A program made the translations under genes and the position numbers. From an uncultured Verrucomicrobiae bacterium (GTDB lineage Bacteria; Verrucomicrobiota; Verrucomicrobiia; Chthoniobacterales; UBA10450), in NCBI GenBank assembly GCA_963772365.1, contig CAVYXA010000006.1, positions 61,054 through 125,053 of the forward strand: 64,000 nt of DNA, read 5' to 3'. Numbering within the stretch: position 1 is the stretch's first letter; each line of letters begins with the position of its first letter. Under the pieces are notes generated by a model that saw nothing but the letters and a program-made list of their open reading frames with translations, was not told the DNA's origin and searched no databases. Shown here piece after piece: positions 11,019 to 20,767 of this stretch.

Positions 11019-13040
11019 CTAATCCGCGACTGGCTGTGGAGTTTTCATTTCCATAAGGCGCGAAGCCTCCGCGCGATGTCGATCCGCCAGGTCGGAGCGG
11101 CCGATTCGGCCATACACCCGCGAAAGATATCGATGTGCCAGAATGAAACCCGGGCGCATCCGAAGGGACATCTCAAAGGCTTGGACGGCGCGTTCGAACC
11201 AACCCATTCGGGAAAGCAAGGCGCCGAGTTGAAAATGCGCTTCGGGAAATTCATGGCGCAAACCCACAGCCAGCAAAGCGTGATCAATTCCCTGCTCGAC
11301 AAAGTTTTGCCGTGGCAGCGCGACGCTCAACCCGTAGTGCGCATCGGGCAGATCAGGATCGACATCCAGTGCCCGCTTAAAGGCACGCCCGGCTTCGGGC
11401 CATTTGCGCTGACGCAGATAAAGCCTGCCGAGATAGGTCTGTGTGATTGGGTCGTTAGGGGCGAGTCGTTCTGCTTCATGAAAAGCTTCGGCGCACGTTT
11501 TCATGTCTCCGCGTATCCAAGCCAGCACTCCGCGCATGGCGATGATTTGCGGCGCATCCGGCTGGATCCGTTCCAACGCGTCGAGCGCTCGGGCTACGTC
11601 CTTTGGCTTTTGAGCAGTCAGCGAAGCCTGGCCAAAAGCCATCCAATAACGCGGCTGCGGCTCGTCGGGCTTTCGTGAGATCAGTTTCGCCAGCATCTCC
11701 CTACCTTCGTTTACGCGTCCTGTCTCACACAGACTGACCGCAACATTGAAATCACTTTCCGCTTCGGCCAGCTCAATTAGGCGGAGTGTGTCGTTGCTCG
11801 GCGCGTTAATGTAACCAAGCGCGATGAACTGTTGCAGCAAGGCTTGTGCAGCTGCTGGATCTTCGTGCTCACTGGAAATTGGAAGACGTCCATCGTTGCC
11901 GATTAGCTTTTCCCACGACGGAGTTCGCTGAATTGCCAGCGGCTGCTCAAAGGCGCTCACCAATGGTTTGCCTTCCATGTCTTCGCCAATGGGCAACCCC
12001 AGCAACGTGAGCACAGTGGGCGCAACATCGAGCAACGTTGCACCCTCAACTCTTTCGTCAGCGCGAATCCCGGGACCGCGCACCACTAAGATCCCCTGCG
12101 CCCGATGCCAGCTCGCTGGCTCCACTGGTCCGCGCGGCCGTCGCGGACCGCTTTCAAAGCCGTGATCGGAGACCAGCATGACGTGTGTCTCCGGTCCGGC
12201 AAGTTCGACCAATCGGCCTAACATAAGATCGTGAAACCGATAAATCCCAGTCATCACCTCATGATAGAATTCAAAATCGCGCTCTGAAATCTCCGGCAAA
12301 CGCGGAGGATGGAACGGCATGAATTCGTGCCCGACCTGATCGATGCATTCATAATAGACCGCACCGAAATCCCATTTTTGTTTCTCCAGCAATTCCGTGG
12401 CGATAGCGTGAACGCTGATCACTTCGGCAAGATGCTGAGAAAGAAAAAGGAGCCGGCGTCGGACGATTGGATCGCTTTGATCCAATTCTGGGGCGCGTGG
12501 GATCAACTGTTGAATCGGCGCGGCTTCGATCTCCATCGGATGGACGCGAAGGTCTCCAAGACTTTCAGCAAGAGCGCCCGGTTCAGCACTGCCTTCAGGA
12601 ATCGGCCATTTGTCTGGAGTAGAGTTAGGGGGCGGGAGGCAAAACAGATTCGACACCATTGCACCGCGGATCGGCTCGGCCGGATGAGTGGCTTGCCAGG
12701 CGCAGACCACACTAGGGCGCTCCGATTGCGAAACAATGTTCCAGAGCGCCTTACACCGGCGAGTGCGAGTGCCAACCGGTCGCACGCCGGAGCGATCTGG
12801 TGACGGCTCAACGAACCACTTCACGCCATGGTCATAAATGCGTTTGCCTGTCGCAATGGTGGTCCACAGCACGGGCGAAAGCATCGGCGACAGCGATGCG
12901 AGATTGCCCATCACGCCGCCTTCGATCAATCCTCGAAGATTCGGCATCAGCCCACTATCCAGTAGCGGATGGATGATTTGCCAGTCGGCCGCGTCCCAGC
13001 CAATGAGAAGGACGCGTGGTAATTTGGACGGCGAATTCAT
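11019..13040 (-). CDS. Alkaline-phosphatase-superfamily (NPP/phosphodiesterase-like) protein with C-terminal TPRs
   Basis: LIGWDAADW, SPMLSPVLWTTIATG, IDQVGH, VSDHGF, LLDVAPTVLTLLG, then TPR helices; no signal peptide. Confidence 0.85.
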   Translation of the reverse strand: MNSPSKLPRVLLIGWDAADWQIIHPLLDSGLMPNLRGLIEGGVMGNLASLSPMLSPVLWTTIATGKRIYDHGVKWFVEPSPDRSGVRPVGTRTRRCKALWNIVSQSERPSVVCAWQATHPAEPIRGAMVSNLFCLPPPNSTPDKWPIPEGSAEPGALAESLGDLRVHPMEIEAAPIQQLIPRAPELDQSDPIVRRRLLFLSQHLAEVISVHAIATELLEKQKWDFGAVYYECIDQVGHEFMPFHPPRLPEISERDFEFYHEVMTGIYRFHDLMLGRLVELAGPETHVMLVSDHGFESGPRRPRGPVEPASWHRAQGILVVRGPGIRADERVEGATLLDVAPTVLTLLGLPIGEDMEGKPLVSAFEQPLAIQRTPSWEKLIGNDGRLPISSEHEDPAAAQALLQQFIALGYINAPSNDTLRLIELAEAESDFNVAVSLCETGRVNEGREMLAKLISRKPDEPQPRYWMAFGQASLTAQKPKDVARALDALERIQPDAPQIIAMRGVLAWIRGDMKTCAEAFHEAERLAPNDPITQTYLGRLYLRQRKWPEAGRAFKRALDVDPDLPDAHYGLSVALPRQNFVEQGIDHALLAVGLRHEFPEAHFQLGALLSRMGWFERAVQAFEMSLRMRPGFILAHRYLSRVYGRIGRSDLADRHRAEASRLMEMKTPQPVAD

Positions 13041-13229
13041 CGTGAAAAACTGTCGATCTTAGCGGCGGTCCAAGATCGTCGCAAATTTCATAACTAAACC
13101 ATCGGTGCGGATTGCCTAATTACTGTTGTAGTCGGCGCGCAACTCCCAGGAAACGGCAGATCGAGTCGAGCACAATCCATTCCGACTTACTCGCGATTAC
13201 TTTTTTCCATTCCACCTGGCACCGTGATC

Positions 13230-15131
13230 CTATGGCTTCTTATTCTGAATTTCTGAGAGCGCCTGTCGGGCTGGCTCATAGTCGGGTGCGATTTTCTGAA
13301 CCTGACGCAATTCGTTGACCGCGGCATCGATATCGCCGCGACCGGCGAGCGCAAGCGCGAGGTTGGTCCGGGCAACAATGCGCTTTGGGTCATTTCGCGT
13401 GATCGGCGCCAATTGATCAATAGCTTCGTTCCAACGGCGAAGGTTCACCAATGCTGTACCGTAGTTGATATGCGCAGCCGTGTTCCCGGGTTCCAGCGTA
13501 ACGGCGCGCTCGAAATATTCCGCGGCGTCTTGGTAATCGTGAGCCATCAACTCGATCGATCCCATACTGTTGTAGGCTTCCGACGAAGCCGGGTTTACTC
13601 GCACGGCTCGTTTCAATTCCGCCATTGCTTCTGCATAGCGCCCTTTTTGGATGAGAACATTCGCGATGTTTTCATGAACTTTAATTTTCGCATAGGCCGG
13701 TCGCTCCGCCGCCGCTTGTCGATAAAGCTCAAGCGAGCCATTCAAATCTCCTTCCTTTTCTAAAACGTTTCCGAGATCCTGCTCCGCCAGGAAATTGCCG
13801 GTCGTGACCTGGACAGCATGAGCAAATAACGCATGACTGTTCCGCCAATAAGAGGCCTGAACGGCTGTCATCGCGGTGAGCAGAACGATCACAATGCCGG
13901 CGAGAACTGCAATCCCTCGCGGGAAACGCTCGAGGCCACTCCGCGGAATACTCCAGACCAATGCAATGAATATTCCAATCGAGGAAAAATACATGTATCG
14001 ATCAGCAATCGATTGCCATCCGACATGGACCAATCCAATTACCGGGACCAAACTGCCCACAAACCATAACCAGCCAATCAGCAGCCACGGACGCGATCGT
14101 CGATACATCATTGCTACTGCCGTGACGGCTCCGAGAAAAATTCCGCTTAGGACTACTTGAAGTATTGGCCAGTGAATTGGGTGAGGATAAAAAAATGCAA
14201 GATTTACGGGCGCGAATAATTTGCCGATGTAACGGGTGTAGGCGACGACGGCATTCTCGATCCGCGCTGGAAACGGGAAAGTTGTGTATCCGCTAGTGCT
14301 CCAGATTGTGCGTTGTGAGAGTGCGCCGAAAATGGCGAAGGCAACGGATAGAAACAACCAGGGGAGTTTTTCGAGAACAAGTCCTCCAAGAATGGCTCTA
14401 TGAGCTCTGGTTGCTGATCGCTGATCTCCTAGTCTCCCCAGTGGCCATACGTCCATCAGTATAAAAATAAACGGCAAGACGATGACGGTTGATTTTGTCA
14501 TTAGGCCGAGAATGAACAGGGCCGTCACCAGCAAATAGCGCGAGAACGAGCGCTGGCGCGAATAGCCGACATAAGTCCAGAGCGCCAGCAGTGCGAAAAA
14601 TGTGCTGAGGAGATCCGTGCGGTCGGAGATCCAGGCTACCGATTCCGCGTGGAGCGGATGGATGGCAAAAAGCGCAGCCACAAGCGCGCTTCGCCAGATG
14701 GTCCCGGTGGCGCGCAGGAGGATTGCAGACAACAGCGCAGTGTTGGCCACATGGAAGAGCACATTGGTAAAGTGATGACCGCCGGCGTGCATTGCCCAAA
14801 TTTGGATATCGAGCATGTGCGACAGCCAAGTCAGGGGGTGCCAGTATCCGCATTGGAATGTGGTAAATGCCCAGATAACTCCGGACCAACTTAGCCCAGC
14901 CTGTAAATGCGCATTCTGAACCACGTTGCTGGGGTCGTCCCAATTCACGAATTCGAATCGGAGCGTTTGCAAGTAGGGTAGTACGGCAAGAAGCGCCAGC
15001 AATCCCGCTGCGAGAATCGTCCGTTGGCTTCTTGCCCCAGTCATCGCTCGCCGTGGACTGTCGATCCTACGACAGGCGGCGGCAACCCCCATCGATGGAA
15101 CTCGAGCTACGTATGAGCCCTCCTGATTCAT
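13230..15131 (-). CDS. TMTC-like GT-C membrane glycosyltransferase with TPR repeats
   Basis: FVNWDD, YWHPLTWLSH, HPLHAESVAWISDR, ADRYMY, multiple TM helices, C-terminal TPRs; the start may be 15044 (MTGARS). Confidence 0.85.
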   Translation of the reverse strand: MNQEGSYVARVPSMGVAAACRRIDSPRRAMTGARSQRTILAAGLLALLAVLPYLQTLRFEFVNWDDPSNVVQNAHLQAGLSWSGVIWAFTTFQCGYWHPLTWLSHMLDIQIWAMHAGGHHFTNVLFHVANTALLSAILLRATGTIWRSALVAALFAIHPLHAESVAWISDRTDLLSTFFALLALWTYVGYSRQRSFSRYLLVTALFILGLMTKSTVIVLPFIFILMDVWPLGRLGDQRSATRAHRAILGGLVLEKLPWLFLSVAFAIFGALSQRTIWSTSGYTTFPFPARIENAVVAYTRYIGKLFAPVNLAFFYPHPIHWPILQVVLSGIFLGAVTAVAMMYRRSRPWLLIGWLWFVGSLVPVIGLVHVGWQSIADRYMYFSSIGIFIALVWSIPRSGLERFPRGIAVLAGIVIVLLTAMTAVQASYWRNSHALFAHAVQVTTGNFLAEQDLGNVLEKEGDLNGSLELYRQAAAERPAYAKIKVHENIANVLIQKGRYAEAMAELKRAVRVNPASSEAYNSMGSIELMAHDYQDAAEYFERAVTLEPGNTAAHINYGTALVNLRRWNEAIDQLAPITRNDPKRIVARTNLALALAGRGDIDAAVNELRQVQKIAPDYEPARQALSEIQNKKP

Positions 15132-15188
15132 GACTGTTTCGCGTCAAAGGCCAACATCAGTTGTCATTGAATACCCGTGTACAGCAGA

Positions 15189-15218
15189 AGCCCGCGCGAA
15201 CTTACATTCGCGCGGGCT
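15189..15218 (-). terminator. Hairpin after the PEP-CTERM gene
   Basis: AGCCCGCGCGAA-6 nt-TTCGCGCGGGCT perfect 12-bp stem about 25 nt past the stop; weak U tail. Confidence 0.55.
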
Positions 15219-15243
15219 CTTAGAGAAACAAACAACCCCGTTA

Positions 15244-15921
15244 TTACGCGGATTTGCGCTTGCGCCAGGCGCGCACGCCCATTGCGCCAAGGCCCATCAC
15301 ACTGAGAAGCGCCAGGGTTGACGGCTCTGGAATGATGCAAGCCTGAACGGGATTACCCATATCATCATAGGCGTAATCCACGATCATCCGCGGCTGCCCA
15401 GCATAGGTTGAGGAGAGTGAGACTCGTGCCCACCCGTAGTCGTATGCCTGAGTGGATTCGTTGAAGAACCGGAAGCCGAAACAGTTGTTACTGCTGTTGA
15501 GAACAAAAGCAGTGGGCCCACTGGTTTCTACAGAACTATCAGTTCGGCCATAGTTCCAGGAACCATCGATTATCGTTCCGACCGGAAGGTTATCGACTAA
15601 ACCAGCCGCGCCTCCGGTAAAGTTGTCGAGCACCCCATCGCTAGGGCTGGCAGAATTATTTCCCCAGATTTCGAAGCCCGAACTGCTCCAAGGATTGAGA
15701 TCCCAACCGGGCACACTGGACGGACTGGTCGCGAATACGCCAGTAACTACGTTCAGGTAGACACCGGAAGTCGTGCTTGGGATGTTGATGTTGACGATGC
15801 CGCTATAAACGAGGCTGGCGTTAGCGACAGCGGGAGCGGCAAGGGTTGCGCCGGCAAGCGCCGCATATGCAGCGAGGCGGCCATCAATATGTGAGGTTAA
15901 TTTTTGATTTCGTGGGCTCAT
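15244..15921 (-). CDS. PEP-CTERM surface protein (YGWARV...DYAY-type domain)
   Basis: AGGAG RBS before ATG 15921; signal peptide RLAAYAALAGATLAAPAVANA; IPEPSTLALLSVMGLGAMGVRAWRKRK sorting signal. Confidence 0.9.
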   Translation of the reverse strand: MSPRNQKLTSHIDGRLAAYAALAGATLAAPAVANASLVYSGIVNINIPSTTSGVYLNVVTGVFATSPSSVPGWDLNPWSSSGFEIWGNNSASPSDGVLDNFTGGAAGLVDNLPVGTIIDGSWNYGRTDSSVETSGPTAFVLNSSNNCFGFRFFNESTQAYDYGWARVSLSSTYAGQPRMIVDYAYDDMGNPVQACIIPEPSTLALLSVMGLGAMGVRAWRKRKSA

Positions 15922-15947
15922 ATTGTTTCTCCTATTATGGTTGGGCA

Positions 15948-15980
15948 TCCGTTTTGATAAGTTTTGGGGAAAAGGTCAAG
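15948..15980 (-). promoter_or_regulatory. Promoter-like motif shared by both PEP-CTERM genes, copy 1
   Basis: CTTGACCTTTT-N9-TTATCAAAACGGA ending 27 nt upstream of the ATG. Confidence 0.6.
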
Positions 15981-16030
15981 ATTATTTTTGTTTTTTTACT
16001 GGACCAACGCGTTCAAAAGCGCGCTTGGAT

Positions 16031-16660
16031 TTAGCGAGCGCGTCGACGAGCAACACTGATTAGGCCCAAAACGCCCAATCCAAGCAACGCGATCGTAGAT
16101 GGTTCCGGAACCACATCATAATAGACAGTCCCATTCCATACACGCGGCGAGAAAACCGGGAGCGTAAACGGCACGTTGGTGGCAGATCCCAGCGAAAGCG
16201 ACAGGTCCGCATTAGAATAGTTTTGATTCGATCCAGTGCCATTGGTGTAGTAGTGGCTAAATGAGGGATCGGCTACCAGCGCGATTCCATTAATGCCTGG
16301 GTTTAGAATGAACGAGTTTGATAAGGTCACATGGGTTGGCAGGTCGAGGCCCGCTCCCGTTCCACTACCGGTGGCCACCATACTCCAAAGCGCACTTGTT
16401 TCGTTTCCTTGCGAGGTCATTCCGGTAAGGACCCACACTTGAACGTTGCTAAATGCAGATGTGGATGAGGTGTTGAGATCAAATGACGTTATGGAAAGCG
16501 GATTCGCCCCAATGGTAGCATCGAAATAAACAGCGCCACCCGGGCTACCATTGTTATTTGAACCGTACAACGTTGTTAAGGAGTTGGCTTTTGCAGACGC
16601 CATCGCCAGCAGCGAGATGGTTCCAAGAGTGAGAATCAGGGTTAATTTTTTCAGGTTCAT
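16031..16660 (-). CDS. PEP-CTERM surface protein, Ser/Thr/Asn-rich
   Basis: AGGAG RBS; signal peptide; VPEPSTIALLGLGVLGLISVARRRAR. Confidence 0.92.
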   Translation of the reverse strand: MNLKKLTLILTLGTISLLAMASAKANSLTTLYGSNNNGSPGGAVYFDATIGANPLSITSFDLNTSSTSAFSNVQVWVLTGMTSQGNETSALWSMVATGSGTGAGLDLPTHVTLSNSFILNPGINGIALVADPSFSHYYTNGTGSNQNYSNADLSLSLGSATNVPFTLPVFSPRVWNGTVYYDVVPEPSTIALLGLGVLGLISVARRRAR

Positions 16661-16686
16661 ATCTTCTCCTTTTCCGAGGTTTCGCG

Positions 16687-16719
16687 TCCGTTTTGATAAA
16701 TTCCATCCAAAATGTCAAG
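16687..16719 (-). promoter_or_regulatory. Promoter-like motif shared by both PEP-CTERM genes, copy 2
   Basis: CTTGACATTTT-N9-TTATCAAAACGGA ending 27 nt upstream of the ATG. Confidence 0.6.
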
Positions 16720-16802
16720 CCTTACTTTTGCTCCTCTTTTTCGTTCCGTTAACCGAGCTAATCCGCTTTGCTTGGCGCGCTGCATCGCATTAATCTTCGC
16801 TC

Positions 16803-19800
16803 GTGGATTCGCTTCAAGCCGACATCGAGCGCCGCGGCCGACGCATTTTCGAGTTGGTGGATCGACATCCCGAATCGCTTTTTAGCAAGGCGGGTTTCTA
16901 TCAGCGGCTCATGGCGTTTTCGATGCGCGATGAAAAATTCAAGGTGCAGTTGTTTCGCTTTGTCGACGTGCTCGCTTCGCTCCGGCGCTCGAGCGATATC
17001 ATTGAGCATCTCGACGAGTACTTCGCTCCAGCCCGGTTGGGACGTAACGGTCTCGGACCGCTGATTCAAACCGGTACCCGCGCGGCCAAAATCCTTCCCT
17101 GGGTAAGCGCAAAAGTCCTGAGCTGGAATGTCTCCGGTATGGCGCGGCAATTCATCGCCGGGAAAAATCCCGAGGATGTCATCAAAACGCTGCGCAAAAC
17201 GGCGCGATCAAAAAATCGGATTCACTGTCGATCTTCTGGGCGAAGCGGTATTGAGCGAAAAAGAAGCCAATGAATATGCGGCACGTTGTGTCGATCTTCT
17301 TGAAGTTCTCGCCCGTGAAACCCGCGGTTGGAACGATCCACTGGGTCAAAACAGCGAACTCTTCCCGGTGGTAAATCTTTCCGTAAAAATATCCGCGCTC
17401 TATTCGCAAATGAATCCGGCCGATCCGGCCGATGCAATCGCGCATCTCGCATTGAAATTGCGCCCGATCCTGAGTCGAGCCCGCGAGCTCGGCGCGTTTG
17501 TTAACTTCGACATGGAGAGCTTTTCTCACAAACAGGTCACGCTCGACTTTTTCAAAACGCTGCTCACTGAGAAGGAATTCAAAGATTGGCCAAACGCGGG
17601 AATCGTGATCCAGGCTTACTTGCGTGACTCCGAACGCGATCTTGTCGATCTAATTCGTTGGGGCCGCGACCGCGGAACTCGCTTCGCCGTTCGGCTCGTC
17701 AAAGGCGCGTATTGGGACTACGAAAAGATTAAATCGGAACAGGACGGCTGGGAACCGCCCGTGTTTCTCCAAAAACCGGAGAGCGACGCCAATTTTGAAC
17801 GGCTCTCCTGGATTATGCTCGAGAACGAATCGATTGTGACGTCGGCGTTCGGTTCGCACAACGTCCGTAGCATTGCCCACGCGATGGCCGCAGCGGATGA
17901 GCTCGGAATTGATCGCAGCCGGTTCGAGTTTCAATTGCTCTATGGCATGGGCGGCCCGATCAAACGCGCCCTGGTCGAGCTAGGCTATCGCGTTCGTGAA
18001 TATTGTCCCGTTGGCGAGTTGCTTCCAGGCATGTCCTATTTCGTTCGACGCCTGCTTGAGAACACTTCCAACGAAGGATTCCTTCGGGCAAAGTTCGCAG
18101 AAAACATTTCCGAACAACAACTCCTCCGCGACCCGAATGCGATTTTGCGCAACAACGGAGATGGATCGCGTCCCTTTTCGAATTCCACTACCTCTATGAA
18201 AACAGCCACACAAGATCGACATCGAACGGACAATATCTCCCGGGGAACTCCGCCGGGCGATACATACGAAAACGCGCCCCTGACCAATTTCGCGCTGCCC
18301 GAGAACCAGGAGAAAATGCGGGCAGCATTGCACGATATGCGCGAAAAACTCGGGCGAAAGGTTTCCCTCACGATCAATGGCGAGAAGGTCTGGTCCGACC
18401 ATACGATCAAATCAGTTAATCCGAGCGACCCCGATCAGATCGTCGGACACGCAGCTGAAGCCGGAATCCCGGAAGCGGAGCGCGCCGTTGCGGCTGCGCG
18501 TGCGGCGTTCAAAAAATGGAGTCGCACACCATTTGAAGAGCGCGCCCAATTGCTCGAACGCGTGGGCGAAATTCTCGAGCGGCGCCGGTTCGAGCTTTCC
18601 GCGCTCGAAGTCTTTGAAGTGGGCAAGCCATGGATCGAAGCCGACGGCGATATTCGCGAGGCGATCGATTTCTGTCTCTTCTATGCGCAACAGATGCGAT
18701 TGATCGGCCGCCCGCGTCTGACTCAACGCGTGCCCGGCGAAGTGAGTTACCAGCATTACTGGCCGCGTGGCGTCGCGCTCGTGATCGCGCCGTGGAATTT
18801 TCCGATGGCGATTCTTTGCGGGATGGTGAGCGCGGCGATCGTCACGGGAAACACCGTGATAATGAAACCATCCGAACAATCGGTTATCATCGGCGCGATG
18901 CTGATGGAAATTTACGAAGAAGCCGGAGTGCCGCCTGGCGTTTTAAATTTCATTAACGGCAAAGGCTCAGTCGTCGGTGCACACATGGTCGATCATAAAG
19001 ATGTCGATCTTATTGCCTTTACCGGCTCGCGCGAAGTTGGTCTGCGAATTTGGGAGAGCGCCGGCAAAACCCGGGAAGGCCAGCGGGAGCTCAAGCATGT
19101 CATTTGTGAGATGGGCGGCAAAAACGCGATGATTGTCGATGCCGATGCAGATCTTGACGAAGCCATTACGGATTCGATCTATTCGGCATTCGGTTTTCAG
19201 GGACAAAAATGTTCCGCTTTGTCGCGATTGATCGTTCTGGAAGAAAACTACGATCGCTTCATCGAGCGATTACTAGGCGCAGCCGGAAGTTTGCGCCTCG
19301 GCAATCCGGAGGAACCGGGCATCCTCGTCGGTCCGGTTATCGATGAAGCCGCCTACCGGCGCATCCTGGAGTACATCGAGATCGGCAAAAGCGAAGCGAC
19401 TCTAGCCTATCAAATGAAGAATACGCCGCCAAAAGGCTACTTCATTCCGCCGACGATCTTCACCGACGTCAAGCCGAGCATGCGGATCGCTCGGGAAGAG
19501 ATCTTCGGCCCCGTTCTGAGCGTGATCAAAGTGCGCGATCTTGACGAAGCCATCGAGGTCGCGAACGGCACCGATTACGCGTTAACCGGCGGCTTTTTCT
19601 CGCGCAGCCCGGCGAATATCGAGCGGATCAAAGCGCAGCTCGAGGCCGGCAATATCTATATTAATAGAAGCTGCACCGGCGCCGTTGTTGGACGGCATCC
19701 CTTTGGTGGATTCAAAATGAGCGGCGGCGGCACCAAAGCTGGCGGCCCTGATTACTTGTTGCAGTTTGTCGTCCCGCGCGTGGTCTGCGAAAACATCGTG

Positions 19801-19866
19801 CGCCACGGCTTCGCTCCTGAAGAAACGCCGCAATTCCGCGACGAGTTTTTCTGGCCGATTCGCTGA
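16803..19866 (+). CDS. putA: Bifunctional proline dehydrogenase / P5C dehydrogenase (frameshift in the A-run near 17197)
   Basis: FKVQLFRFVDVL, TVDLLGE, RLVKGAYWD, RRLLENTSN, EMGGKN, FQGQKCSA, EEIFGPV. Confidence 0.92.
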
Positions 19867-19872
19867 TGTTTC

Positions 19873-20721
19873 CTACGAGGCCTTGGTTGCGCTGACGATG
19901 ATCGCTTTGGCGGGGAAGTTCATTCTACCGCCGGGAAAGAATTGGTTTGCTGCCGCGAGAACATCTCGCTTAACCGCGGCGTGCTTGCTCTTGTCGATCT
20001 TCGCCAGTTTTTCGCGAACGCTGTCGGACATTTCCGACCGGATGGTCCAGAATTCATCGAGCGAGATGGGCGCGGCGATATGGAATTCTAAAATGCGTTC
20101 ACGAACGTTTGCCGCGCCTGCTTGATCCAAAATCCGGGCGAGCAGACCGGGCTCGGCGAAACGGAACGCCCCTGGCGCGTCAGGGTCGTCGGGCGGCGAC
20201 TCGACGTAGTCTGACAACACATCCGTAACGATTTGGAAAAACGGATTCGATTCGCTGTTGTGCCAGACGGCCAACGTGATCTTCCCGCCGGATTTGGTTA
20301 CGCGTAGCATCTCGCGCAAACCGGCCACCGGGTCTGGAAAAAACATGACGCCGAAACGGCAGATCGCCGCATCGAAAGAATCGACTTCAAACGGCAAAGC
20401 GTCGGCCGGGCATTGATGGAATTTCATGTTTGTGAATCCTCGGCGCGCGGCAGCCCGCTGACAGGCCGCGACCATTTCCGGCACGATGTCGGTGCATGTG
20501 ACTGAACCGTGCTGGCCAACAATTTCCGCCAGAGTCAACCCCGGTTCACCCGAGCCGCAGGCGATGTCGAGCACGTTCATGTCTCGACTGACCGCGGCGT
20601 CTGCGATCAGCGTGTGCGTCACTGGATCGAACATCAGACGAATCGTTTGCCGATGCTTTTCCCAAAACGGCGCGGATTCGCGCCAAGCTTCTACGATTTC
20701 GTTCTGCTGTTCGCGATCCAT
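19873..20721 (-). CDS. Class I SAM-dependent methyltransferase
   Basis: VLDIACGSGEP, LPFEVDSFDAAICRFGVMFF. Confidence 0.85.
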   Translation of the reverse strand: MDREQQNEIVEAWRESAPFWEKHRQTIRLMFDPVTHTLIADAAVSRDMNVLDIACGSGEPGLTLAEIVGQHGSVTCTDIVPEMVAACQRAAARRGFTNMKFHQCPADALPFEVDSFDAAICRFGVMFFPDPVAGLREMLRVTKSGGKITLAVWHNSESNPFFQIVTDVLSDYVESPPDDPDAPGAFRFAEPGLLARILDQAGAANVRERILEFHIAAPISLDEFWTIRSEMSDSVREKLAKIDKSKHAAVKRDVLAAANQFFPGGRMNFPAKAIIVSATKAS

Positions 20722-20767
20722 TGTTTCCGCTGCCAGATCGGCTGAACGAGAACCGATGCGCGCCGTT

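Noticed and set aside
17190..17215. Programmed frameshift in putA
   Set aside because: One extra A in a homopolymer with no stimulatory structure seen; a typical sequencing error
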